DNA of 64,000 bases, taken from contig NC_092672.1 in the NCBI RefSeq assembly GCF_964355755.1, positions 6,386,001-6,450,000 on the forward strand, written 5' to 3'. The stretch is from Antedon mediterranea (lineage: Eukaryota > Animalia > Echinodermata). Positions 1-13,300 of this stretch are shown here, one piece after another. Both the position numbers and the translations under genes were made by a program. Numbering within the stretch: the first letter of the stretch is position 1; every line of letters begins with the position of its first letter. The notes beneath the pieces are model-generated. The model was not told the origin of the DNA and did no database searches. It saw only the letters and a list, made by a program, of their open reading frames with translations.

Positions 1-1152
1 ATACTGCGGGCACCCAGCCTTCTTTCTCCTTTCACCACCCCAGCCACCATCAACAAACCTTAACTCCTCCCCTGGACAGTTCAAATGTAGTAACTTTTCC
101 TAGTACAATCCAATCATATAGGCTACTTCATTACGCTAGTGTTTTCGCTCCTCCTCCCCCTACAAAAAACACACCCCAGATACACTGGGTGATCTGTTGA
201 AGCCGCTTACAGTACAATTTATATTATTATCACTCCCAACCCATAATCCCTCAGTGGCAGTTTTCAAATGTAGTTTAAAACATTCCAAATACAGTTTCGG
301 TCATGGTGATAGGCCTACATGTACATCCCCACCCCAAACTCCCATCCACTTCCCAGGGATGATTAAATACTTTAAAAGTTTCCAACCACAATTCTGGTGT
401 AAGCAAAATCCCCACTTTCTCCTGAAACCAAACTCCCAAACCCTATCTCCCAACCCCACTCTCCCACAATGTACGTTTTTTCCCTTGGAGGATTGGTGAT
501 GTAGTTGAACACAGTAACAGTAAACAACATGTGTATGTTCACACAGGTATGGATGTCTGTAATGAGGCAATCCAAGAGACCAATAAATAGCTGGATACTT
601 GCTAAATGTGTAATTGAATAGGTGTCATATTGTTTAATGAATAAAATTTGTATATCTATCTATATTTCCCCAAACGCCTTGCTGAGGATAATTCAAATAC
701 TGTAAAACTTTTGTAGTATAATTTTACAATTCGATAGACTACAACCCCGAGCCCTAGCAAAAATGACATCACAAACCACCACACAACCACCCCCCCCCCC
801 CCCCCACCCATTTCACAAAAACCCCAGCAGTCGGGGGAATTTTTTTTTTAATGTAGTTTAAAACCTTCCGGGTACAATTGCCATCATTTTGATACCCCAT
901 ACGTATGGTTACGTGCAGACACAGAAATTTTTAGAACGAACAAACATCGAAAGTGGGGGTTTTGACCACATTTTGGTCCCTAACTTGGATCCTAGGTGGC
1001 GGATGATGTTGAAATATAGCTTAGAACATTCCCGGTACAATTGCGGTCATTTTGATACCCCATATGTAAGATTATGTGCAGTAACAAAATTTTGTATAAC
1101 GAACAAACAGACAAACAAACAAACAGACAAACTCTCTCACTTATAATATAGA
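1..1152 (-). mobile_element. Non-autonomous Helitron-like element, 5' portion (3' end outside window)
   Basis: Minus strand begins A|TCTATATTATAAGTGAGAGAG followed by a (GTTT/GTCT)n microsatellite at ~1100-1130, a typical non-autonomous Helitron 5' layout. An internal motif AAATGTAGTTTAAAAC(A/C)TTCC recurs at ~84, 267, 850 and 1011, and again at ~22484-22560. Confidence 0.5.
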
Positions 1153-1587
1153 TAAAGGTTCAGTCGGTTCATTCTATCATTGATGATGATGAGTGCGTGA
1201 GGGAGGAGAAGAGCTGCTGAGTGAGTGAGAGTGGTGGAAGAGAGCAGCAGCAGTACTACTAAAAAAATGTGGGGAGGAGAATGCTGAGTGAGGTTGAATT
1301 GCCGAGGAGAAAGGGTACGGGTAATGGGTGGTGATGTGAGTTAATGTTACCACATGAATGAATGAATGATGGATAGTCGTTGTGACTGGACCACTACTAC
1401 TACATTTGCTTACCAAATTGTGAAACTGATGGTTCCAGTAGCGAGTCAAAGTTGGAGCAGATGATAATTTGGGTTTTAAAAATAAATTTTAAAAACACAA
1501 TTAAATTCTTTTCATAATCTACAGTACTCAATTAATTTTTCAGACTAAGGATTGAATGATACCCACCAAATCTATTCATCAGTTAGA

Positions 1588-2678
1588 ATGTTGCAAGATC
1601 GACTCAAAATATTAACGTTACTTTCAATATGTGGTTGGCTGTTTCTAAGCGTCACACTTGGTAACCTAAACAAATGGATTTTTGCGAACCATAATTTCAA
1701 CTACCCATTATTTTTAACAACGCTACATGTTTTAACAACATACATAGTCATCCATGTTGCTCTTCATAAGACCTCGCTAGGTGTGGCTTACGATGATCAA
1801 TGGAAAAATTTACCCACCGTCCAAGGAAATAAAATTCAAGTATTAAGTGTAATGTTTGCTGCAAGCATTGCCTTAGGAAATGTTGCCATTCAATATCTGT
1901 ATATTTCATTTGCGAAGATGATATTTGCTTTGACGCCACTTACAACTGTTTTGGTTTCGCGATTGCTACTGTGTAAAACTCACAATAACTACACGTATAT
2001 TGCGTTGATACCGATTTGTCTTGGGAGTATTCTGTGCACGTTGGGAGAGGTTAATTTCAGTGCTGTTGGATTCCTTGTTGCCATTCTCTCAACATTTTTG
2101 AGGTCACTCAAATCTCTCCTTCAAGGTACTGTATGTGTAGGCTTTAACTTCTTGTATGTGATAAAAGAATTTCCTGAATATTACTGATCAATAGTTTATT
2201 AAATATTATTACAATGATTAAATAATACATTTTTTTCTCTGTTTCAGGTTTCCTTCTAAAAGAAGAGCGCATAGATTCTGTTCGTCTTCTGTACTACATG
2301 TCGTTACCGAGTCTTGTCCTACTCGTAATGGCAACTGTAGTCTTTGAACATGACATCCTGTTGGACTTAAACCTATACACTAACATCCAACTCTGGTCGT
2401 TGATCATATGTAGTTGCTTCTGTGCTGTTGGTTACAATATGATGAACTTTATTGTAACTTACTTCACGTGTCCTATTACGTTACAAGTTCTCGGTAACGT
2501 TAGCATTGTTTTAAGTGTACTTGTTTCGGTGTTTATCTTTAATAATGAGGTTTCTATTTCCAGTTGGATCGGAATGAGTGGGATAATGCTTGGGACCGTT
2601 CTGTACCACAAAGTAGACTGGATTAGTACTAGCTTAGAGTGGGCTCTAAGTCGTGGTCAACCGAAGAAGGAACGATGA
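1588..2678 (+). CDS. SLC35E4: Solute carrier family 35 member E4-like (TPT/nucleotide-sugar transporter family), ~322 aa, 2 coding exons: 1588-2125, 2248-2678
   Basis: Multi-pass hydrophobic ORFs with LNKWIF, PLFLTTLH, ALGNV, LRSLKS..Q|GFLLKEERID, SLPS and VLGN motifs resemble SLC35E4. Phase-1 GT-AG intron at 2126-2247. An in-frame TAA at 1546 makes ATG 1588 the start; acceptor at 1542-1543 implies a 5'UTR intron; AATAAA at ~3171. Confidence 0.85.
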
Positions 2679-3375
2679 TAGAGTAGTAACTGGGTTGAAT
2701 TGTGGATGACACACACACTAACTTTGAGTTACTTACTTAGTCTGGGACATACCCAAACATAGATTCCTCCATAACTTCCTATCTGCCATTGTGACAGCCA
2801 GTTCATCTCGCTGCCAACCAGTATTATACTAGTATAATATTGTCCTAATCATGAATAACATTAATATTTTAAAATGTATAGTTGCTCTGTTTAAATGGTG
2901 TATTTTTAAAGTAATGGCAGAATTGTTTATGATAACTAACTGTTACAGTATATTTCTTTTCAGGGTACGGCCGGCCTTTCTTGGCAATTCTTGTAATGTA
3001 TAGCAGTATTTATTTTAAAGCAATTTTGAATTATATGAGGTATAGTTCTGTGTGCAATAAGCATTTCATTTAGTAGAATGTTTTATTTATCAGGAATGTT
3101 TTTATTATGCTGAATAATTGTATTTGTTTCTGCAATATACTTTATTTTAACTTTGTCAATATTGAATCTAAATAAAAAATTCTTTTAAATAATAATACAT
3201 GTGTTATTTTATTCAGTACTGGTGTACAATAACGGTATAGAATAGCAAATAAATGATATGTAAAATCTATGGGCTTTCAATGTGTAATTTTATTTGCATT
3301 GAAATCAAAAGGTATTTAATGACAGCAGTGCCAGATGGTTCAAGAAAGTCAGTTTAAAGCTACATTCGCACTTTA

Positions 3376-3515
3376 AGCTCTGTCTACACTATCAAAAATG
3401 TGATGTGCCCAAATATGGTAATGATATGTCTAAATATGGTAGTGATATGAAATCAATATGTCCATATATGGGCACGTTTTTTTGCAACATAAAGTTTGAT
3501 AGTGTAGACAGAGCT
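3376..3515. mobile_element. PIF/Harbinger-like MITE family A (representative copy; ~12 copies in window)
   Basis: TIR AGCTCTGTCTACACTATCAAA...TTTGATAGTGTAGACAGAGCT with TWA flanks; internal 21-bp unit CCTAAATATGGTAGTGATATG in variable copy number. Other copies at ~6457-6760, 11610-11732, 16693-16832, 29102-29286, 29332-29485, 39163-39292, 51761-51875, 59994-60105, 61270-61410, 63271-63412, 63796-63953. Confidence 0.8.
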
Positions 3516-4729
3516 TAAGTAATGGAAAATCATCTAGAATAGAAAGAACAATTTAGAATTCAATGGCTACGGATAGAGGATGTGCAAAGATATGTATGCA
3601 TGGCAGTAGTAAAAAGTAGTAAAGTAAAGCAGTTGTCTGTGGGTTAGCCTCTCCCAAATTAGTTGAAATACATTTTAAGCTTTGACCCAATTCATTCCAG
3701 ACTGTGCTTGTACTGTTTTAATTTGTAAATTTCACATGATGGTACGGTAGTTGTAATGAAAAATCAACATTTTCAATATAAATAAGATGGCAAACTTATT
3801 TTTAATCAAATGAAACAAACATCAATTTTCATTGAAAGGGCTTTTATTCTCAACATACACTTTCCTTACCATACATCAATTTTCCATGCAACCAGTGTTC
3901 ATTAGACCATAGGTTACAAACATAAGCCAGCATATTATTGAGTTTTTTTTGTACACTGTATACAGAATTGTATGAAGAAGAACAAAACACAGTTTTAACC
4001 TGCTGAACAGTTACAGCGCTTTTTTGACATGGTTGAGTAGGTTGGGTAGTATGCATGAGTAAGTTTGGTTATGCATGAGTTAATTCGGTTATGCATGAGT
4101 AAGTTTTCCATGCTTGAGTGGTTTGTATAACATAAATTATGTTTCTAAACAATTCTGTATGCAGTGAATAATATCTCTTGTGACTGGATGTAGGTACTTA
4201 CACTGTTTTACACTATAAAGTGTTATTACTAAACATTATTTTTCAATACATAGTTTCAATATAACACTGTCTGGTCAGTCATTTGATCTATTTCCAACAA
4301 TTCCGTCCATTAAATAGGGTTTATTGAAAAAAAAATATAATATAATTATGGAGTTGCTTAACTGGTATAACCAACAATAACATTCTATCTGTAAAGTTTG
4401 TGGGACACCCGTGTATATCAGGTAGAAGGTCTGTTTTTTTTCTCAAGCCTTATTTCCTATTAAAAAAAATTACATGGTGTACCACAAACTGAACATTTAC
4501 TATGGTAGTGATTATTTTTGCCATGAAAACTGTCATAAAGTTTCTTTTCAAAATAACATGTTTGGCAGAAATATCTTTTTACAATGACTGACCTAAGTTT
4601 TGCTATTTCAGTACAGTAATATCTTTTCATTTTCATTTTAAAATATTCAGGTTTATAGTCTCAACAAAATCATAGGCCTAAATAAAATATAAAACGTTTG
4701 ACATGGTTTTGTGTCAACAATATAATTAA

Positions 4730-4820
4730 TCAATGTTTAGTTCATCAATGTTTAGTTCATCAATGTTTAGTTCATCAATGTTTAGTTCATCAATGTTTAG
4801 TTCATCAATGTTTAGTTCAT
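4730..4820. repeat. 15-bp minisatellite (TCAATGTTTAGTTCA)x6
   Basis: Direct tandem repeat; it generates the spurious MFSSS ORF. Confidence 0.9.
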
Positions 4821-5414
4821 TATGCAGCTCAATGGGGAGCATATTATATCATGTCGAAATCATTCTGATAAAACACATAAAGAATTCCGAATTCATTGTT
4901 AAATGTCAACAATAAATTAAATCAATAGAAATTAGATTGATTTTTATTTTTTTTCAGTCACAATGTAGGCCTATATTTCTGAAGGAAGTAAAGTGAATTT
5001 GCACCATGGAATTTTGCATATTATGCAATTAAAACACATTTTAAAAACACAGTTTAAGTAGTTTATAGTTAATACGGTCAACTCTCCTACAACCAGACAC
5101 TCTTGAGTGAAAGTGGCGGAAAAGTTGTTTTTAGAAGAAATTTTAAATGCTAAGATGTTTAACTTTTGGAGTTTTCAGAGACCGGACTACTAAGTTCACT
5201 TTTTAATGTTCTGTCATTATTAGAGAGGTAACAGATTCACGTACACATAGAATGGTTGCAGCTTGTAGTAAAATGTATAATAACAATGTTAAGTACTACA
5301 GAATTAACACATCTCCTTTTGGTAGCATATATTAGCAATATGTTGGTCTTATAAATATTATTATTCATAATTCAGAAACTTTTAAGCTTATCCACAAAAT
5401 AGTGTTGGTCTATA

Positions 5415-5574
5415 CAGTTGACCCTTCCCAATACCAGGCCCTATGATAACCAGAAATTCTCCAAAAAAACAGACATTTCTCAAACGGTCCCAACATTTTT
5501 TACCATTAAAAACACACTCGGATTATTAGAAAACCAGTCGGTCTAAGGGTTTCCGGTATTGGGAGAGCTGACTG
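5415..5574. mobile_element. Tc1/mariner (Tigger-like) MITE
   Basis: Imperfect TIRs CAGTTGACCCTTCCCAATACC / GGTATTGGGAGAGCTGACTG flanked by TA on both sides. Confidence 0.6.
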
Positions 5575-8500
5575 TATTTAGAATTAGTAATAAGAGTCTG
5601 TTTAAACATGTAAACATAATACCTTATATAGCCATTGTTATAATAACTACACCATTTAAAATTGTTTATAGACACTCTAATTTAAGATCATTGATTGAAG
5701 TATACATTTTTTTTACTACTGTATATCAATTTACTTTAGAAAGAAACACTGTTTTTACTTTCTAGGAGAAATAGTAACACATTATTTTGTGAAAACGTAT
5801 ATTTCATGCTGTTCATTTCAGTGTTATTGCATTTACTGTAATCAATATTTTAAAATTGCAGCTTATTTTGACTATTTTTTTGATAACTGAATATGAAATA
5901 TACTTTGTATGTTGTATAATGGGCAAAAATACTGTATTCTAAACACATAAATACAATTGTTAAAACCGTTACGGACTGTATTGCAACTTTCATTCAAGGA
6001 ATATATTACCTCTAGAAAAACTCAAGTGCAATACCGCCCTTTATCAAGTTTTAAAAACAATTTTGTATCGTCTCAGAGAGAATGTCAGGATTTACGTACA
6101 CGGTGTTATCACATTATTTAAATACATATTCTTCAACATGCAAATCTTTCAAGTTTGTATATTGCTTAGGTTGTATAAAGAACTATAGTACATATTTCAT
6201 CAAACTAGGTGCAGTGTCTCATACTGATGGCATTTGCATACAATCATTTTTTTCTTTTTAATATCTTTCTTCTTTTACTAATTTGTTAAAAATTATTTTG
6301 TCTATTTTTAATGCCCTTTATTTGATTAAAGTTTAAATTTGATACTATAATACACTTTTTGAATCATAAGCACTATAGTCAATACTAAACCAAAAATACT
6401 ACCATCAAACTTGTGAACCATGAAGGGAGCTAACATATCACCATCAAGAGATCTAAAGCTGTCAACACTATCAAAGTTTATGTGACATAAAAAAGTGATG
6501 TGCCCATATATGGACATTATGACATCATACCACTACCATATTTAGGCATATCACTACCAGGTGACCGGTTAAGAACAATTTCAAAATTTTTATTTTGTTG
6601 GGATAATATTCTGTAAGTTGGAATATATCGGTCTTCCACAAATATGTTGATATACCTAAATATGGTAGTGATATGCCTAAATATGGTAGTGATATGATAT
6701 GATGTCATAATGTCCATATATGGGCACATCACTTTTTTATGTCGCATAACATTTGATAGTACCTCTCCTGTTGATTTGATAGTTAACACCTATGATCATT
6801 ATCAAGTTGCAAGTAAAATACGGCATTCTATTTATTAAAAGAGAAATTGTCACTTTTTACAAAGACTCTCTTTACAGCAAATATACTACGAGAAAAAAAA
6901 GCTTTCTGGCAAGTGATTAATTGGATAATGTTTAGCATTTGTAAACAAAAATATGTAAAAAAATTCAACAAAAAAAAACTGTTTCATATTGACAAATTTA
7001 TAGAATAAAGGTCCCCCTCAAGAACTTAAAATGACAATAACCACAAAAAAACCAAAACTGTTTATGTAACATAATACATTAAAATCATACTATATCATTT
7101 GAATCATTATTTGAGTTCCAAATCTTGATATAGAAAAAAAATATTTTGAAATACATACTAATGGCTAACTTTAAAGAATTTTATGTTTCTTTATTTTTTT
7201 AAGCTGACTTGGGAAAAAAAATGATTTGAAGATATTGGTCCAACATGATGCAGGGTAGTGAGATCGAGTTTAGAGGTTGAAGGTAACTCTATTTAAATGC
7301 CCTACACAAAGGTGGATGAATAACCAGCGTAAAAAACAACCATAATTAAAATAACACATGCTATTTACGAGTTTTGACATCCTATGCTGTGCAAGTGAAA
7401 TTAAGAATGGTCGCTATTGCAAAAATACAAAGAGCGTCCTCTAGAGAGAATCGGGTGCAATAAAAAAAAATAAAGAGATTTATTAATAAAATGGATTTTG
7501 AGTAAAATACAGAATAATCTGTCAAATAATAAATATTTTTTTTTTAGTTTTATATTTATGCTCAGACACTCACCTAAGGACTCTCTCACCTAAAAGGAAT
7601 TAGCTTATTAAACCCCTTCTGTACTTTACCAAGATAGCTCTCATTAGCAGACAATGGTAGACCCACAACAAGTACCTCTGCAAACTTTTCCATGCAAGTT
7701 TCGGCTACCCCAATTAATCCATCACACACATATAAAGGAGAAAACAAAACCAGAAGATAAATCACACGATATAATAGAAAATACTGTAATTTCTCGATTT
7801 AGAGTACAGATCAAGGAATATTTACCCTCAATTTGAAAGAGAGAAAACCCATGTCCAGCAGCAATTACACACACCAACGTGGTTCATACATCCACACACA
7901 AATAAGACAACTTTAAAATTGTTAAGAGAATAGTTCAGTAACACCTATACTATTATTTAAAAAGAAATTAGTGTACAATCATATTATAGATTATAGATAA
8001 ACTCGTCGTTTTGTGAGAAAGATGATTGTTTAATATAATTAACTTATAGATAAACTTTGACTCATCATTTTGTGAGTGAGCTAGCGTTTTGAAATTGAAT
8101 GAACAAAATCACAATCTCTATAATCTAAACAATACAATTGTTTTAATTGTTTGCATTTTAAAACAAAATGACGTACCAGATTATGTTGAAATTATACACA
8201 CATAGATACAAGACACAACAAGGGGAGGGGTCAGAGGAAATTGGAAGGGGGTGGGGGATGTTGGTCAGAGAATTCAGGGTTAAAAAATACCTACTTTTAA
8301 GTGTTATACAACAATTGAGAAGACATTCAACACATTTGCGAAGTCTTCTATGACAATAATGCAAAACTGACAACATTTGACATACTGTATTATTTATGAA
8401 ATCTTTGGTTAATATCTTTTTAAATTACATTAACAAAATCTAACAGTAACTATATAAATTTTATTAAAAATATCAAAAGAAAACCAATAACAAAAATAAT

Positions 8501-10394
8501 AATATTTCTATTATATACCATAATGAACACACAACATCTTTATACCCGTAAAATGTTTTTTTCAAACGGAAGGACGAACTAGAATACTTCTGAATTTAAT
8601 TGAGCTGATACAAATCGCAAAATTAAAGAGGAACATTTTCAGACTAGAAATTAAATTCTTTGTAGCATGTTTAAATTTCAATATAAAGAGTTTATTTAAA
8701 TGATTTAAATTATAAAAATACCTACATTTATTATTATTTTCTTTCAATTACATTATTAGGAAACATGATTCAGAAAGAACATATCATATTATTAGTATAT
8801 TATCTGAATTCAGAAAAAAATAATAATTCCAAAATTGAATATAAAAACAAAATCTGTTGAATTTATTTATTTTGTAAGAGAAAACATATTGAATAGTACT
8901 GTTAAATGTTTTATTTCAAACTTAAATCAATTAAAACAATAAAAAGCATATTGTTTCATCTATTGTTGGTACTTATTAGACATGGCTCATAAATGTAGAT
9001 TTTCAATATATTAGTAGTAATATTTTCCCATCATAATTGGTAAATGCAGAAGAGAATGGTAAAAGAGCATGGTGGCACTATACAAGTGAAAACATTGGTC
9101 CGTTCACTAGCGACATAAATCAACAATTCTCGCACACACTCATAATTAAAATATAAAATCATCCATCTTACTTCATCATCACACATTTGTTAAGTATTTA
9201 CAAGCATAGGTCAAAGTTCAACAGCATTTTACTACAGATCAGTGTTTTCACTTATACCATACCTCGATGCTCATTGTTTAATTTGTTCAACAGTGTGTAA
9301 AGATTATTTTCCTTTTAGTTTCCTTTTTAAAGCCATTTTTTTATTTTTTTTAAAGTTATTGTTATGAACCACTATCTTCAGCAAATAAATTATGATTTAG
9401 AAAATATTGGAACAACACTGTAAATCCACAATCAGGTTTCTATAGTTCTAAGTTTCCTTTGTTTTTTGAAAGTTACAAACTGATTAAGAAATTTTAGAAG
9501 AATTTTTAAAAAGCCTACCTAAGTTAGTGAAAAATAAATTTCAATAAAAGATGGTACATCCTAAAAAGATTAATAATAAAACAAACTAAAAATCTAAATT
9601 TGATAGAGAATTTACGATTTTTATTGTAAATAATTTGTAGTTATGTGAAAGCTTATTCGAGCACCCCATAAATCACTGTTTTAAACCCAAATACGGAAAT
9701 AAAAACTCACACAATTCTTACCATGATGAAAAATAAACAAACACAAATTAGCTATTTGGTGATTGGAAGCCCAAAATCTAAGCACATCGTATTTGGAATG
9801 TTTTTAACTTCTTGCTTTCATGATTTAAAAAAAAAAAAAAAATTTTGAATAAAAAAATCCAAAATAACAAAATATTCATAAATATTCAAAAAAAGTAATT
9901 AAAAATGTAAATAAAATGTATTTATACACACAGCACAAAGGTAAGACACCTTCACATACACAATTTTGGTATATTTTTAATTTGTAAGTGGAACTATTAA
10001 AAACAAAAATAAATATCCGACATTTAATAAACGGTGTGGGTTAATGGAAGTATGTCCAACTTGTAAGTAGGTATGATTAAACCCTGAATTCTCAAAACAT
10101 TTAAAAATACGTTTACAACATAAAACATACATAAAATATAAAACTCTAATTTCAACATTTCTTTAATTTTGTTGCAAACAAAGTATTGTATCGCTAGAAA
10201 TCATAGAGATTGTGACAAAAATGAGTGATAAGGGATTATGCATTTCGAAAACAGAATCGAATGAAAATCAGAAAAATAATTGGAAAATATCAAACAAGTA
10301 TGATATAAGAGGTAAACAAAAATGAATATTCATTATGCTTCATAAATATTCATAATTATTTAAATAGTATAGGTGTTTAGCTAGCAGCTGACTA

Positions 10395-13300
10395 TTAGCT
10401 GTCCTTGGTAATGCCAATTTCTCTCGTCATAGCTAACATTGCACGAATCTTCTCTCTTAATTTCTGTAAAGATATTTTTATAAAAGACAATAATTCACTA
10501 ATATAATTAGTAAGAAATATGAATTCATCATTATTTTTCCCTGTTTCACAATCCATATCTCACCAGAACCATAGAGGCATATTTTATGAGAATGTGAAAT
10601 CCATTTCAATACCGTTGTTTGTTATTATACAGATATTGCCTGCTTAGAGGTAAAATATAAGATTTGACATCCTCGAGGGAATGATATTTTGGGAGGAAAT
10701 ATATATTTAACTATAAGGCAACAATGGAACTGTATAGCTTGAACAGTAAAACAAATGTGATTTGAATACTAAATAGTAATAATGTATCTCCACATATGCC
10801 ATTCATTCATGTCCAGTATCATAGGCAAGTTTTGTGATACAGCGTCACATATGTTAAGGTAGGCTTATGACCTGTGATACATATGTGACACTGTATCACA
10901 AAGCTTGCCTATGATACTGTACAGATTATAGATACAGATACAAATTTAAACTTACATTAGTCTTGTCTGATTTATCAGATTGGGTGCTCGTTTCTGAACT
11001 GCTAAAGAAAAAATATATATAATTCATTTAGATGGTTAATACAGTGAACATCCAGATATCTATATTTGTCTACAGATAATTTAACAAAATTCTGAAAAAC
11101 AAAAACTCACAAAATCAGAATTTTTTCCTAGGCCCAAAAGGAGCCAAATTCCCTTTTTAAACCATTAAAAACATTCAAATTGCCAGGATTTCTGGGAAAC
11201 CAAACTTACCTAGATGTTTGAGTGGGTGGTGGAGGGGATGGGGGAGTGTAACTCTTTACTGGTTGTACTTGCGGCATAACGGGAGGTATATGTTTTATCG
11301 TCATTGTAGTAAATGTTGGTGGCTTGACCGCTGCACTAGTCTGTGTACTAAATGCTTGTGGCTTGACCATTGTATTAGTCTGTGTACTAAATGTTGGTGG
11401 CTTGACCGTTGTACTAGCCTGTGTACTAAACATTGGTGATTTTGATCTACAAAGTAAAAAATGTACATCATCAAAAGTTTTTCATATTTCAAAGATTACA
11501 GGACATATAGATTATTATTTTATACATTTTGTTATTGTATATTAATAATTATGAAAGCAGCCAAACATAGCAAGCATCCTTCAATCAAGAATAATTATCT
11601 TTAACAAAATTGCGATATACCCAAATATGGTAGTGATATTCCTAAATATGGTAGTGATATGACATCATCATGTCCATATATGGACACATCACATTTTTTT
11701 GTCACATAAAGTTTGATAGTGTAAACAGAGCTTTAGATCGTTGTTTAAAACCGACTATCTATGACTACATTACGTAGCACTTTATTATCGTTATTTTGTA
11801 TATATTTTAATAAAATCATTATTTCATACTATACCTTGACTTAGATTTACTACAAACTGAACTGCCCACACTACCAGATCGCCGAAAAGGAGCTATTTTT
11901 GGGGGTGAAGGAGAGCGAGATGGATGCTTTATTTTATCTTTCTTGGTGTACCTAATAAAATGTATTAAAGATGGTAATTGGCAATGCTAAAATACGAGAT
12001 GGAAAATTGGGTATAATATATTAACAATGGGGCATATGTAAATAATGACAACAATATTAAATGTTTGGTGTAGAATAAACATTAAATTTAAATGTTTATT
12101 TAATTTAATTTTAATTCAAATTCCTTGTTTTATTATGCTAATTACTTCCTTATTTACATACAACCTGTCCTATTGGTATATAAGCACTCTAGGCGTTGTT
12201 TACTGTTCTGATGATGAGAATAGTTTCTCGAAACATGTTACATTGACATTTTAAGGCAATTTGCCTTTTTATTAAATGCCTCATTATTGTCATCCTAACT
12301 CGAAAGTTTGGTGGTATTATTCAAAATTTAAATGTATTTATAACTGACAGCAAACTTGGATTACACCCTCTATGGACCACATAGTCAGCAGTACATTGTC
12401 TACACAAAATAAAGGAGTAGATGAAACAGTACACTGGGTTAACCAACACCACTCCCTCTTCCCTATTTTCCCAAAGATGTACACGGTGCAAACAAGTCAG
12501 ACGTGTACACAGGACATCCAGGAAATCCAAGTCCTTATCCGAGAAGGGCACCAACTTAACCTCTTGACCAGGCTACATATAATAGATAGTTTAAAAAAAA
12601 TGTTTTTGCCAAAGTGCATCAGCCGTCTCAACAATGATTACTTTAAAAACAATGATAATAAACTTTGCATCCACAAGAATTGTCTGTCTATTATGATTTT
12701 ATAAGATAAAAACAATGATGAGGCACTTTCACCATACCCCAATTACCTCCCAACGAACTGGTCATTACCGATCTTAACTGGAACAATGTAGTATTAACTT
12801 TGTTTTAGCATTCCCACAGTTTACTAAATCAATAAGGAAAACCATTGACAGGAGAAACATGTATATGTCAACACGTAAAACAATTCACCATGAACAAGTA
12901 GGTCATTTGGAGGTCAGCGAATCATAACAGTAAGTAAATTAGATTTTCCGCAATGTTCAACTTGGTTTGACAGTTGAGATTTAACAAGTTTTGCATGTGA
13001 GTTGCAAAAAAAAGTATAGTCTTTTTGCTTCCTTTGGTAAAAATTGATAGAAAGGAGAGGTGGGATGGGGTGGAAGTGAGGGTAAAATGACACTATCAAT
13101 CAAATTCTCTCTCTTATCTATTTATTTAATAAAAAGGTTATTGGAGTATGATACCAAGGATTTTATAAATTTTATGTTTTATGGTTACAGAAAGAGATAG
13201 ATGTTTTTAACCGTGTTTACTTATAAAACAAGATTGTCTGGTCTTTCAAGAGTTTAATAAATAGAAAAAAAAATCCCTTGTTTTGTATACATTTTGACAG

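Noticed and set aside
1552-1587. N-terminal extension of the SLC35E4 ORF from the ORF track
   Set aside because: It starts at TTG just after an in-frame stop; the first ATG is at 1588. The ORF tail after 2125 is intronic.
12321-12800. Less AT-rich block in SFSWAP intron 12 with possible 12-nt and 9-nt micro-exons
   Set aside because: Splice sites are weak, the ORFs show no recognisable homology, and exons 12 and 13 already join in phase.
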